From NCBI GenBank assembly GCA_000004985.1, contig GG738911.1: a stretch of 64,000 bases of DNA; one strand, written 5' to 3'. Made by a program: the position numbers and the translations under genes. This DNA is from Naegleria gruberi (taxonomy: Eukaryota). Below are positions 34,760-46,480 of this stretch, one piece after another; position 1 is the stretch's first letter; each line of letters starts with the position of its first letter. The notes beneath the pieces are model-generated. The model saw only the letters and a program-made list of their open reading frames with translations, was not told the origin of the DNA and did no database searches.

Positions 34760-35806
34760 TTAAATATTTGCTGAAATACTACCATGATTGATTTCTTCAA
34801 AGGTGATACCTTCATTCTTCAAATATTCCAAAACGGCTGGCTTAATCTTTGGTCCCTTTTCATCAGAGTGATTACCTGCACCATAAATAATGGTCAACTT
34901 TGGTTGTTTTTCACCTCTCAATTTTTCAATTCTCTTCTTCAAAAAGTCCATAGCATTGTCAACATATTGACCATGCAAATCAATTTCCAAATCACCCTTA
35001 TCCTTATTCAAATGTTCAAACATTGTGTTGGCAGATTCTTGTTGATACTTCTTCATCAATTCTTGATGTTGTTTTCCTTCTTCAGACAATTGCTTAGAGA
35101 GACCACCATCACCACTTTCGTAGGCCTTCTTGGCTCTTTCGAAACAATCGGACATCAATTTAGATTCTTCGGAAATCTTCTTTTCCAATTCCTTGAACAT
35201 TTTCATAGCATCGGTATCATGTTCAACAAATTGATTTTCCTTGGCATCGAATTCCCAACCGTACTTCTTCAATTCGGCCATAATACGATCATAACAGGCC
35301 TTTGGATTGGCTGATTGTTCAATGGTAATATGCTTGGAATCATCATCAGAGTCTTTAACATTAATTCTTGATGAAGTTTCCTCTTGTAATTGCTTGATGG
35401 TTGAACCCTTTGGACCAATAATAAACTTGGCAATAACAGCAGGCTTGAGAACGAATGAATTAGTAGCTTCATCAAAGTTAGAGGCAGCAACAGATGGAGT
35501 AGTGGTAGTAGCCTTTGGTGGTTCGGCCACAGCCTTCTTCTCCTCAACTACAACATCAGTAGTCTTGATTGGTTCGGCTGGTTTGGTTACTTCTGGCTTT
35601 TTAGTTGGTTCTTCAACAATGGCAGGTTGTTCGGAAGCCTTAGTTGTAGTAGTGGCAGCAGCAGTTGTTGATGTACTTGTGGAAGTAGTGGCAGCAGTTG
35701 TTGTTGCTGGTTCCTTCTTGGTTTCTTCCAATCTCTTGTTATTATTCTTCGACTTGTTGTTGGTGGAGGATGAAGATTCCTTTTGTCCTGAAAAACAATT
35801 GCCCAT
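34760..35806 (-). CDS. KH-domain + Smr-domain protein with an N-terminal myristoylation/palmitoylation motif (N4BP2-like C-terminal module).
   Basis: N-terminus 'MGNCFSG' (Gly2 plus Cys). KH 'KFIIGPKGSTIKQLQEETSSRINV'. C-terminal Smr 'LEIDLHGQYVDNAMDFLKKRIEKL…LTIIYGAGNHSDEKGPKIKPAVLEYL'. Thr/Ala-rich linker. Confidence 0.65.
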   Translation of the reverse strand: MGNCFSGQKESSSSTNNKSKNNNKRLEETKKEPATTTAATTSTSTSTTAAATTTTKASEQPAIVEEPTKKPEVTKPAEPIKTTDVVVEEKKAVAEPPKATTTTPSVAASNFDEATNSFVLKPAVIAKFIIGPKGSTIKQLQEETSSRINVKDSDDDSKHITIEQSANPKACYDRIMAELKKYGWEFDAKENQFVEHDTDAMKMFKELEKKISEESKLMSDCFERAKKAYESGDGGLSKQLSEEGKQHQELMKKYQQESANTMFEHLNKDKGDLEIDLHGQYVDNAMDFLKKRIEKLRGEKQPKLTIIYGAGNHSDEKGPKIKPAVLEYLKNEGITFEEINHGSISANI

Positions 35807-36832
35807 TTCTTCTTATTAATGTTTTGAGTTTTGAGTTTTTTTTCAAACAAATTTTGAATGGATTTTTTTTAAAGTCGCGATCTTGATCCCAAATTGTCTT
35901 GTGCCAAACTCAAAGAATAATTTGGATGACACATGTCAACTTGAATTAGCTAGAAAAAAAACGATAATTGATAAATTGATAATAGGAGCAGTAAGACGGC
36001 CAATAACAGATGATGCTATCAAAAGTTTTCGACTCAACGGATAGGATGACAATGGGCAATCCTCATTGTAAAAAAACTTCAAGTATTCGTTGATGATGAT
36101 GATATTTATTCTCATCACAACATCTGGGCTGTAAAATTATTTACTTGTGTGGAAATTAATTGACGAGCAAAATTTGTTGGAAAGAATTAGATTAATGGTT
36201 CAACTCATTTCGGAGATTCATCAATTTATTATTTTCTAATTATTTACTTAGTGGTTCATGAAATTTTAAATTGTAGTCACGAGATGGAAACATTTGGAAA
36301 GGCAATTGCAAACAACAAGTACTGCATTGTTGGATCCACATGGTTATATATGGCCATTAAATAAGTCTCTCTTGTTCTTAATTTCCTCATCACCATATAT
36401 ATGTTTCATTGAATCCAAAGTCTTTTTATCTCAGTACATCCAACTGCACATCAATCTTCAAAAAAACAAAGATCCCATTTAGCCACAATCTCTGAGTGCC
36501 AAGTGTCATCTCCATATAGAGATGTTAACAACCGGAAAAGCTCAAAAACCGTATCTGGCCAATTTTATGTTTTTACTTTTAGATATAAGTTGCGCACGCA
36601 AAAGTGTTTTTGCCTTAATACCTTTGGCGCCAAGTCAGCACTGCACTTTTTTATGGAGAGTTTTTGCAAGCGTAAATTTATATATTATACTTTCAGAAAA
36701 AAAACCTGAACCACCGACGAGGAGGAAAATAGCCAACAACATAAGCCTCTCATTATTATATTATTATTATAATTATTATTACTTTGAAGTCTACATTTTA
36801 TACTTTGGTATTTCAAATTTGATAGTTTAAAA

Positions 36833-39800
36833 ATGGCGCCAACAGCATCTGTGATTGGTGGAAGCAGTGCCATCATGTCTGAGTCAAATTCAACCTCGGA
36901 TAGTGGAAATAACTCAGATATGTCCAATACAATAGTACAACTGAAAAATAGGATTAGAGATGAGAGTTTTCACTTTTTATTTTCAATGCAGAGAAATGAA
37001 CGAATTAAGGGTAACAAGACATTCTCTTTCCTTTTGATATTTTATATTATATTCTTTTGGAGTTATATTTGGGCACCAGTGTTGAGCCCAACAGATTTTA
37101 ATTTTGGATTGTGGGGATCATGGATATTGACTGTGATTAATTATCCAACAACATATTCGCTGGATTTGATACCCTATGTTGGAGTGATAGTTTTGTCAGC
37201 ATTTAGTATGCTCTTAATAGTATCTTATTTTGTTATTTTTATAGTTAGTATTAGGGCTGTTAAGACCTCATCACAGTACGTGAAAAAGATTAAGAAATTC
37301 CTTAATTACTCATCGATGGCCATGCTATTGTTGGCCATTCCGATGGCTTTCATACTAACGAGTTTTGTGGATTGCGACCATGGCTATGGGCGGTCAAACT
37401 TACTAAGAGAAACAATCACGCTCTCTACTAATACTAACTCTCACTATGAAAACTTTCTATATCAGAATGGTGTAAAGAGTTCCAATTCTTCTATCAATCT
37501 AAATTCCTCACCTTCATCAACATTAACACTCAATAGATTTCCAGCTGAATCCATTGTGTGTTACACTCTTGGAAATACCATACTTGTAGCAGTGACACTT
37601 ACTTTCTATTTGATTTTAATATTCTTGACCGTCCTTTCTTCCACACTGATACCGAACTCTCATCCACTTAGCTATGCTCCAATGATTGTTGACAATCCTA
37701 TCTTTCTTCCATTATTTTTCGTTCTTCATTTGTTTGGTATTTTGATTCACTTTCTCATTCCACCTCATTTTTCCTTTATTAGATCAATAGTGCATGTGCT
37801 ATTTTCATTGGTGGGAATATGGTTTGTAAAGAGTAAGGTACCAATGATGAGGCGATTCGAGAATTCCATTGTTTCAGCTGTAGCCTTTGGTAAATTGGGA
37901 TCTTCTATTGGAGGAATTGTTTGTTCTTTAGCCAATAATTTACACGGTAATGAGTTAGGTGTTGGTCTTACTGGAATGACTATTGTACTAGTTTTAGTAT
38001 TTGCCTTGATTGGATATGTTACAATGGAGATTTATACGAGATATGTTATCAAGACGATAAAATCAAGATATTTAACTTTATTGGGAGAGGGTAGCTTGGA
38101 GAGAGAAGCTGGTGGCATTTTCCAACAATTGGAAGAACAAGAGAATGTTGAATTATTGGATTTGTATGGAAAGTTTGTAATGATGAGTAATGCTAAATCA
38201 TTCAGACTTTACAGAAAGGAAATTGTAACCAGTACAGATTTACAAGAGCTCATTGGATTTATCAGAGGCATTTCAACACAAAAAACTGTACAACATGTGA
38301 ATTTGTTGCTGACATCAGCAAGTTTGGTTGCTTATTTCATTCCAGACGAATCAAACTCGACTGTTTTTGCCAATGCCCTAATCAAGAGAGCCGTAAAGCA
38401 ACATCCAAGTACCTATTTCAAATACAAGATTGGCCAGAAAGCAAAGGAAGTTGAAGTTTATGCTTCGGAACAACTTCGAGGTGCAAAGAATATGATTGAA
38501 CTTAAATCAATTTTGAGAAATATTGAAAAACAAACTACAGAGCTTACCTCTCTTCATAGACACTACTTTAAAGAACTAATGCAAGGTATGTTATTGGTAT
38601 ATTTAATAATTACTAAATTACTTCTTAAAGAAATGATAAATTACAAAAAGGTAGAACAAATTCTTCATAGAGCAGCCGTTTTAACAGGGAGCTTGGATAG
38701 TATCTTTGATAATATTTTAAGATTATATTATAATGACAAAACTGTTTTAAGAACATATGCTTCATATATGGAGTCTTTTAAATTCAATAGAGAAATAGCT
38801 CAAGAATATTATGGTGAAGCAATGATGCTGGAAGATGAAGAGTCTCAGGCAGTTAGAAAGCCACCAACCTATATCACAGCTTTGAAAAAGAGATCTAATA
38901 CTGTAACTTCATTATCAGAATCAATTGTTGATACTGATAATTCGAGAAGAAAGATGTTAAACTCGGTAGCTTTCAATAACATTGTAAACGAGCTCAGCGA
39001 ACCATCTGTGGCTAGTATTGAAAACTTTGAGGGTATAGAAAATCAAAACGAAGCTAAAAGAGAGCTGGTTTACAGAACAGCATTAGAAAGTCACGGTTCT
39101 AGAGCCATGCCATTGATATTTTTCAGTGTGTTTATCCTTTTTTCGCTTGCTTTGATAGCTGTCGGTTTGGGTGTTGGTTATTCTTTCAGTTTAGCTGTCA
39201 CTGAAAATGTGGTAAATGTTATTGATGCATGTTCTCCAATAGCTTCCCTTACCAATCTTATTATTACCTTGAGAGGATTCCAGGCAACTCAAAATTTGTT
39301 GGATATGGGTGTTACTTTGCAACCAACATTAACCAATAGAATTTATTCTGATATGACAAATACCAAATCTACTGTTAAAACTTTGGCTCAACTCTTGACA
39401 AATTTACAACAAAAAGCATATGACGCCAAGTTAACAGAATTGGTTTATTCTAGATATCATGAATATTATTATACTATTCTAATACCTTTGGCTTCAAATA
39501 GGTCAAGTATCTCAGAAAAGTTTTATTTCGCTACTACAGAACAGAATGTTACCATAACAGATATTAACAATGTTCTGCTCAAAATTACTACTCAATTATT
39601 GACAGCATCGAAAGAGGATTTGATGAAAACAGTGTCCAGTTATGAGTACATGTATCTCTACAGAAATCAAGAAAAAATCACAAGAGCTTATTCTGATTTT
39701 TGTAAAATATTCATGATTTCAGCCAAAGATGATGCAGTAACAATTAACACAATATTTACATATTACATTTCCTTTTCATTGAGTGTATATATAGTCTTTG

Positions 39801-42116
39801 GATTTATTTTCTTAATAATTCAATATAGATATTTATCTGGTGTTAAGAAACAAATCAAACTAATGCAAGAAAATGTATCCAAGAATGAAATTGGTAAATT
39901 ATTCCATGATTTGGGAAAGAAAGTAAGCGATGATACTCATTTGAGGGCTTCCAGGAATGCTTTATTGACACCAAAAAACTTGTTTTCTTTGTTTGGATTT
40001 TTAACCATTGTAATTGTTTCAATTTGTTGTGGTATTTACTTGAGTGAAACTTTAGGAAATTCTACATACAGTTTTGAATCATACGTTACCATGGAAGATG
40101 GTTTTGATGCCATGTCATACTTACAGCATACCACATTTGCAATTTCAGAGGTATTTATTCATGCTGTGAATGCAAAGTTCAATGTCAGTGAGAGCAGTTA
40201 TGCTCTTCTTGGGAATAGTGATATTGAACTAATGGCCACTGGATTTACAACTACTGTGAAATCATTGAGATACTATTGGAATTTATGTATGTATGGATCG
40301 GCTGTAAAGGCCTATGAAACCCTTGTTGTGGGAATGTTTACTGAAACAGATGACATGATAAGAGGAGAGGTTAATTGTGATATCGAGGCTTCTTTAAAGA
40401 CTTTTGAAAAAATCAAATCCTCTGGAAATTCTACAACTTATTGTAAAATGGGTGTTGACTACATGGTACAAGATATTATTCTAAAATGTTCTAATTTGAA
40501 AGAGGATATCAAGACCTTACCGCAACTGAGCAATTTCAAATCTACTAGCTTGAATTTTTTCAATGAGTTTTATAGTATTGCCTATCTTACCAATGCAGTG
40601 TCTATGAAATTGATAGATTTCTCAAATGTTTTTGCTGTTAAATCCGCCACTCCAAGAACAGAACAAATGATTTCTTTAGCGATTATTGCCTTGATTTTGA
40701 GTTCCACCTTTTTCGGTATAATGTACTATTCTATTGATACCTATTGGAAAGATTCTCATATTGCAAGATCATTATTTAACTATCTTTCAATTGATACATT
40801 GGAATCCAATGAAATAATTAAGAATTACGTTCTCTATCACACCACAAATGATGGTATTAAGAGAAAGAAGAAGAGCACTGAAGAATCCAAAGTGAATGCC
40901 ATTTTGAATGCTGCAGTTGATGGAGTTGTTGTTTGTGATGCTCAATTCTGGGTAAAGAGTTTCAACCCAGCTGCTTCCAGAATGTTTGGAGCTCAACAAG
41001 AAGAGTTTGTGAATAAGCCAATCTATTGTTTGATGACTCCTTGGTTCCATGACGATGTTCGTAAATTCCTGAATGCTTCCAAGAACAATACTAGTCTCAA
41101 TGACGCCAAATCAGCATCATTTGAAGTGGATTGTGTCAGAACAAATCTTTCAACATTCTCAGCAAGAATTAACCTTTTCATTACCGTTTTTGATAAGAAA
41201 CCAATTGTTACATGTTTCATTAAGGATATTACTTCAGAGAAGAAGCACAACTCACTTCTTCAAGAAGAAAGAAAGCACTCTGAAGATCTCTTGCTTAACA
41301 TTTTACCAAGTGCTGTTGCCACAAAATTGAAAGGAGGAGCCAGCTTGATTGCTGAGAAATTCCCAGATGTAACATGTTTCTTCTCTGATATGGTTGGATT
41401 TACGGCATTATCTTCTAAAATGGGTCCTAATGACCTAGTTCAAATGTTGAATACTATTGTTATTGGATTTGATGATTTAATGGATGTTTATCACCTTGAA
41501 AAGATTAAAACTATTGGTGATGCCTATTTCTGTGCAGGGTATGTTGTTTATATTAATTAATATATACTAATAATTATTCAGAGGTCTTCATGATTTGAAT
41601 GCCCAATCTGATCACCCTGAGAGAACTTTGAGATTTGCTATTGATACATTTGGAGTTATTAGAAATTATAACTTGAAATTTAGAAGAAACAATTTGAAGG
41701 AACAAATTAACATTAGAATTGGTATTAATACTGGGCCAGTTGTTGCTGGTGTCATTGGACGTAAGAAGTTTGCCTACGATTTGTGGGGTGACTCTATTAA
41801 TACAGCCTCTAGAATGGAATCAAATTCCAAGCCAGGAAGAATTCAAGTTTCCAGATCTACTTATGAAAGAGTTTTTGATTTAGGACTTGTTTTTGAGGAA
41901 AGAAAAATTGAAGTGAAAGGAAAGGGAATGTGTCAAACCTATTTGTTGGATGCTAAGCACCATACATCTGCTATAATTACAGAAGAGGATGTAAAAAACT
42001 CTGCTGATAAAGAAACCAAATCTGAGATTGCTGCACACACCGCTCCAATTGATAATCACGAATTGGAGATTGAGTTAGTACCAAAAACACCAAAAGGTGA
42101 AGTTGAAAATCAATAA
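36833..42116 (+). CDS. Polytopic membrane PAS-domain class III nucleotidyl cyclase (adenylyl-cyclase-type specificity residues), 1746 aa, two exons: join(36833..41538, 41582..42116).
   Basis: Cyclase catalytic core 'FPDVTCFFSDMVGFTALSS…KIKTIGDAYFCAG|GLHD…RIGINTGPVVAGVIGRKKFAYDLWGDSINTASRMES', split by a 43-nt intron (41539..41581, GTATGT…TACTAAT…CAG, phase 2). Upstream PAS-like 'ILNAAVDGVVVCDAQFWVKSFNPAASRMFGAQQEEFVNKPIYCLMTP'. Many hydrophobic helices in the N-terminal 1300 aa. The Lys (KIKTIGD) and Asp (YDLWG) at substrate-specifying positions predict ATP. Confidence 0.75.
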
Positions 42117-42293
42117 ATTATTAGGATTTTATTTCTATTAGAATTAAAATACTAACCAATTGAAGAACAACCACTCTCATCATCGAATTTAACATTTACA
42201 ATTTCAAAATTGATTAATGATTTTTATTAAATTGTGTCACCTCAAATTGCTTTAGTCTTTTTATGTCCTCTGCATCAAAATGAAATGCTTCGT

Positions 42294-43766
42294 CTACTTT
42301 TCTCTTCTNNNNNNNNNNNNNNNNNNNNNNNNNNNNNNNNNNNNNNNNNNNNNNNNNNNNNNNNNNNNNNNNNNNNNNNNNNNNNNNNNNNNNNNNNNNN
42401 NNNNNNNNNNNNNNNNNNNNNNNNNNNNNNNNNNNNNNNNNNNNNNNNNNNNNNNNNNNNNNNNNNNNNNNNNNNNNNNNNNNNNNNNNNNNNNNNNNNN
42501 NNNNNNNNNNNNNNNNNNNNNNNNNNNNNNNNNNNNNNNNNNNNNNNNNNNNNNNNNNNNNNNNNNNNNNNNNNNNNNNNNNNNNNNNNNNNNNNNNNNN
42601 NNNNNNNNNNNNNNNNNNNNNNNNNNNNNNNNNNNNNNNNNNNNNNNNNNNNNNNNNNNNNNNNNNNNNNNNNNNNNNNNNNNNNNNNNNNNNNNNNNNN
42701 NNNNNNNNNNNNNNNNNNNNNNNNNNNNNNNNNNNNNNNNNNNNNNNNNNNNNNNNNNNNNNNNNNNNNNNNNNNNNNATTGATAGAGGGATTCTTTGGT
42801 AATGTTCACATTTGTTTGAGGCGAATTGGATTGATTAGGAATATTATTAACATGTGATGTAAAATCTCCCAAAGGAACTTGTTTTTGTTGGAATAATTGT
42901 TGTGGATTATTTTGAGGGGATTGGTTGTAAACCATTTGATTCTGGTTCACCTTAAAGTTATCCATGTTCATTTGTTGAGATGGTTTTTGTGGAGAGAATG
43001 TTCCTTGATTGAAGAATTGAGTGTCTGGAGAATGTGAATGTTGCATCGAACCATTGGGTATGTTCTTGTCCATTGTTGCAGATTGGTAATTGGTATTATT
43101 TTGGCCATTACCGTTGGTGCTATTGTTAAGCATCATGTTCATGTTATTTCCATTAGATGGAACTTTTTGATTCATTTGATTCATCACTTGTGTTTGATTC
43201 ATTCTTGTCGGAGATGCCATCATTTGATTAAAGTTCTGTTGTTGTGGTTGCTTTTGGAGGAATGTATTATTTGGATTGTTATTACTGGTGTTTGCATTAG
43301 ATCCTCCTCCATTATTTAAAGAGGTAGTAGGTAAGGTATTATGGAAATCAAAGGATTGATATTGTTGTTGCGGAGTTAACTCATCATTATATGATTGGAA
43401 GAGTCTATCATTTTCTAAATTAACCTTATTCGAGACCGAGGCATGGATCATTTGTTGTTGATGAATGTTATTCATCATGTTTTGGGAAGCCTTTTGGTAG
43501 TGGTTTTGAGGAGAGTGGAGATTATTCATTACGTTGTTAGAATTACTCGTATAGTTGTTGGTGTTATTCATGTTCGATAAATGGAGATTGTTATTAATAT
43601 TGTTATTTGTATTATTATTGTTTTGGAGGTGATGATGATAGGAGGATGAAGAACCTTGTTGATGTTGTTGTTGAGACGTGTTATTGTTCGAGGAGGAGCT
43701 ACTAAGGGATAATTGAGGTGGTAGTTTTAAGAGTGGATTATGATGACCTTGTTCCATCGAAGACAT
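42294..43766 (-). CDS. Gln/Asn-rich low-complexity protein, interrupted by the assembly gap (42309..42778).
   Basis: ORF with an ATG at 43766. Poly-N/Q/H composition. 470 N's fall inside the reading frame, so length and frame across the gap are unknowable. Confidence 0.35.
   Translation of the reverse strand: MSSMEQGHHNPLLKLPPQLSLSSSSSNNNTSQQQHQQGSSSSYHHHLQNNNNTNNNINNNLHLSNMNNTNNYTSNSNNVMNNLHSPQNHYQKASQNMMNNIHQQQMIHASVSNKVNLENDRLFQSYNDELTPQQQYQSFDFHNTLPTTSLNNGGGSNANTSNNNPNNTFLQKQPQQQNFNQMMASPTRMNQTQVMNQMNQKVPSNGNNMNMMLNNSTNGNGQNNTNYQSATMDKNIPNGSMQHSHSPDTQFFNQGTFSPQKPSQQMNMDNFKVNQNQMVYNQSPQNNPQQLFQQKQVPLGDFTSHVNNIPNQSNSPQTNVNITKESLYQXXXXXXXXXXXXXXXXXXXXXXXXXXXXXXXXXXXXXXXXXXXXXXXXXXXXXXXXXXXXXXXXXXXXXXXXXXXXXXXXXXXXXXXXXXXXXXXXXXXXXXXXXXXXXXXXXXXXXXXXXXXXXXXXXXXXXXXXXXXXXXXXXXXXXXXXXXXXXRREK
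42309..42778. other. Assembly gap (470 N).
   Basis: A run of n characters in the sequence. Confidence 1.
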
Positions 43767-45131
43767 TTTATTTGAAAAAGGAGAGAAACTTGCAATTTCC
43801 TTGTGAGAGTTTATTATCTTTTAAAAGAGGCTGTTGGACCTCTGGCGAGTTTTAATGTGTTTTGGGGGATTTAAGCAAACTCTGAATAGAAATTTTTGGT
43901 CCTAAACATTGTATAAGGAACTCTCTTAGTGAAGATACTTTTTTAGCCAGGTACGTGCCTATAATAGACAGTTTCTTCACCCAAAAGGAGGCTTAAGTAC
44001 ATTGTTTACCGCTTGTATTCGGCGAAAACAAAGGAACGATTTTGCTCACATTGATAAAAACAAACTCCTTGCCTTATTGATCAACATTTCAGCAAATAAA
44101 TTTAAGAAGGTTCTATTAAGTATTTAAAGAAGGTTCTTTATTTCAATATCAATATTTTCATTCATGAGCATTTAACAACCTTCCTCCGTTCTTCTCCAAT
44201 GATTATGAGGAGAAATAAATGCATCATATCTCTATTTACAACAACGACCTTTTAGGATGACCTTAATTAGCAAGCTTAATAACAAACTAATGCAAAAAGT
44301 TCATCAATAGGTCGCCGTTGATCATAGTCTAAGCGTAAACTAACTCATATCATGTGTGTTAATCAGTTTTTGATTACATGAAGGCTCAGGAAAGTGAAAC
44401 ATAAACGTGGCCTTAATTGGAAGCTGTACAATTGATAGATTATAAAGCACGTCATTTCTCCTTTGTTAATATCACCAAATGCATTCTCACAATATTCAAT
44501 TTGAAAAACAACTCAATCTTCCGCTTCTCATCACCACCAACATATTATCAAGTAACCTTACACTTATCATATTGAGACAACTCTACCTTGATGAATTAAC
44601 AATTATTCAAAGATTCGGCAGACAAGGATACCAAATGGGGAAAGTCATGCGAATTTGCCGAACCTGAAAAAAGCGCGCTGGTCCAACACGTTGTGGTTTT
44701 TGTTTGGTGCTAAGAGGGTGGGGCCACACAGAAGGACAGAGATGCCGCACTCTTTTCACTCATTTGGCATTGTGTGTACATAAAACAATTAAATTATTTA
44801 CAACAATGTGCTTCTCAGCTGCTGGTAGTAGTACAGTGCTCGCCTTTGTTTAGATGCAGAATTTTCCTTTGAGAAAAAAATCACCACAACAAGACAAGGA
44901 AAAGCACCACTCTCTTTCCTTAGAATAATTTTGATTAACTAACCAAATAGTAGTAACAATTCTCGGTTATATTGAACAAGATAACAACAACATCATCAAT
45001 AGCACACTTTGTAAAATAGGCTCTTGATCTCTAATATTCTCCATCATTCTCTCTATTAATAGCTTTAGTAATATTACTTCTCAAGGAGGAGAGAAAGAAA
45101 TCAAAATCGAGTATATATACATTGAAAAAAC

Positions 45132-46328
45132 ATGAGACAATATCCTCTTGTTTGTGGCAACGTTAAATGCAAAACGAGTCAAACACCATTGTGGCGTAAA
45201 GGTTGGACCACAAAGGAAGGTAAACCAGTCATGTTATGTAATGCCTGTGGTTGTAAGTTATTATATACCAACGAATTGTCATCCTAATTATTACCCAAAT
45301 ATGATGACATGAAAAATTAAATATTTTCATTGAACCAACCGAACAGTGCACTACAAGTATGTATTCAATCAATTTTAATTTACTGATCATCTATTATCAT
45401 CATCAATAGGAAGGGACACTTTTGCATATATTGCAATCAAATTTACAAGGAAAGTGATGCTGATGATAAAGAAGAACCATGGATTGGATGTGATAGTTGT
45501 CATCGTTGGGTTCATCAAAATTGTGAGCGTCAGAATGGATTTGAAATTAAACCAAATGGTTATCTGTGTCCTTGTTGCAGAAATCAACCAAGTAATGGAT
45601 CGGTACCTTCAAACATTCCAGCTGCTGCATTAACTGCTGCTGCTAACAAACATTATGAACCAATTCTTATGAAACCAGGTGCAGGATCCAGTAATAGTAA
45701 GGAAAATAAGAAGAGAAGAAGAAAACCAACTCTTGAAACAAATTCAAAGAAGGTTAAACAAGAAATGAAACAACAATTAACAATTGATATTAACAATTCA
45801 AAATCTAATAGTAATCAAACATTATCTAGCCAAAATACTTCAAACCGATTATGTACACCAACAAGTGCTTTGAGTCTTTCTCCATCAACAACATTGGGAC
45901 TCCCTAAAGCACCACAACCTTCTACAAGTACTTGTTATTTTGATAATCCAAAACAATTATATGATGTTGATTCCTATTATAAAGAGAATGAATCACAGTG
46001 CATTTCACCATCAACCAATTCAAAACTTTCCATGAGTAGTGATGACGAATATTCATATGAGAGCAATACTGAAGAGGAAGAAGAGGATGAATATGAATCC
46101 GACAATTCTCCACAAGCCTCCTTCATTTGTGGCGAAGATTTCATAGATAATCAACAAGAGTTTATCATTTGGGATCCTCTCAAAGATAAGAAGAGTTCTG
46201 TTGGAGTTTCTTTCGAGCAAGTTGAAAACCTAATTAACAAGAACTTTGGTTATTCAACCTTGTTCACAAGAAAGATTCAATCACTCTCTGCAATTTGTGC
46301 TTACGAATTGTCCAATTTTGATAACTAA
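45132..46328 (+). CDS. GATA-type zinc-finger + PHD-finger protein. Best model has three exons: join(45132..45252, 45347..45356, 45410..46328), 349 aa.
   Basis: Exon 1 encodes 'CGNVKCKTSQTPLWRKGWTTKEGKPVMLCNACG' (C-x2-C-x17-C-x2-C with the TPLWR signature). The downstream frame encodes a PHD finger 'FCIYCNQ…WIGCDSCHRWVHQNCE…YLCPCCRN' (C4HC3). Both donor choices after exon 1 leave it in phase 1, which is incompatible with direct joining to the PHD frame. A 10-nt micro-exon 'TGCACTACAA' (CAG acceptor at 45346, GTATGT donor at 45357) restores the frame and yields the canonical GATA continuation 'CNACGLHYKKGH'. Confidence 0.55.
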
Positions 46329-46480
46329 GTTGCTCTCTAGGATTTCTCAATCTTATTGAAAACAAATATTCGAGTGTTTTCAATAACTCAATTTTGATTA
46401 TTTCGGCAAATAAACAACAAAAATGTAAATAACCGATTCAGTTTTAATATGTTGTTTAAAAAGTTTATTAGTTAAATAAT

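Noticed and set aside
34784-35819. Long plus-strand ORFs (34784..35314, 35307..35819) opposite the KH/Smr gene. Similar antisense ORFs occur within 24252..27431, 27581..29128, 29233..31053 and 46481..48670.
   Set aside because: They are antisense to well-supported genes with biased, low-complexity codon composition (GC-poor third positions give open antisense frames). No motifs were found.
42234-42857. Plus-strand ORFs 42234..42857 and 42280..42783 consisting of 'XXXX'.
   Set aside because: An artefact of translating the N-gap.
45250-45408. Single-intron model for the GATA/PHD gene (donor GTTGTA or GTAAGT joined to acceptor CAATAG).
   Set aside because: Both donors leave phase 1 whereas the only acceptors before the PHD frame need phase 2 or 0. 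The GTAAGT option would also create an in-frame TGA.
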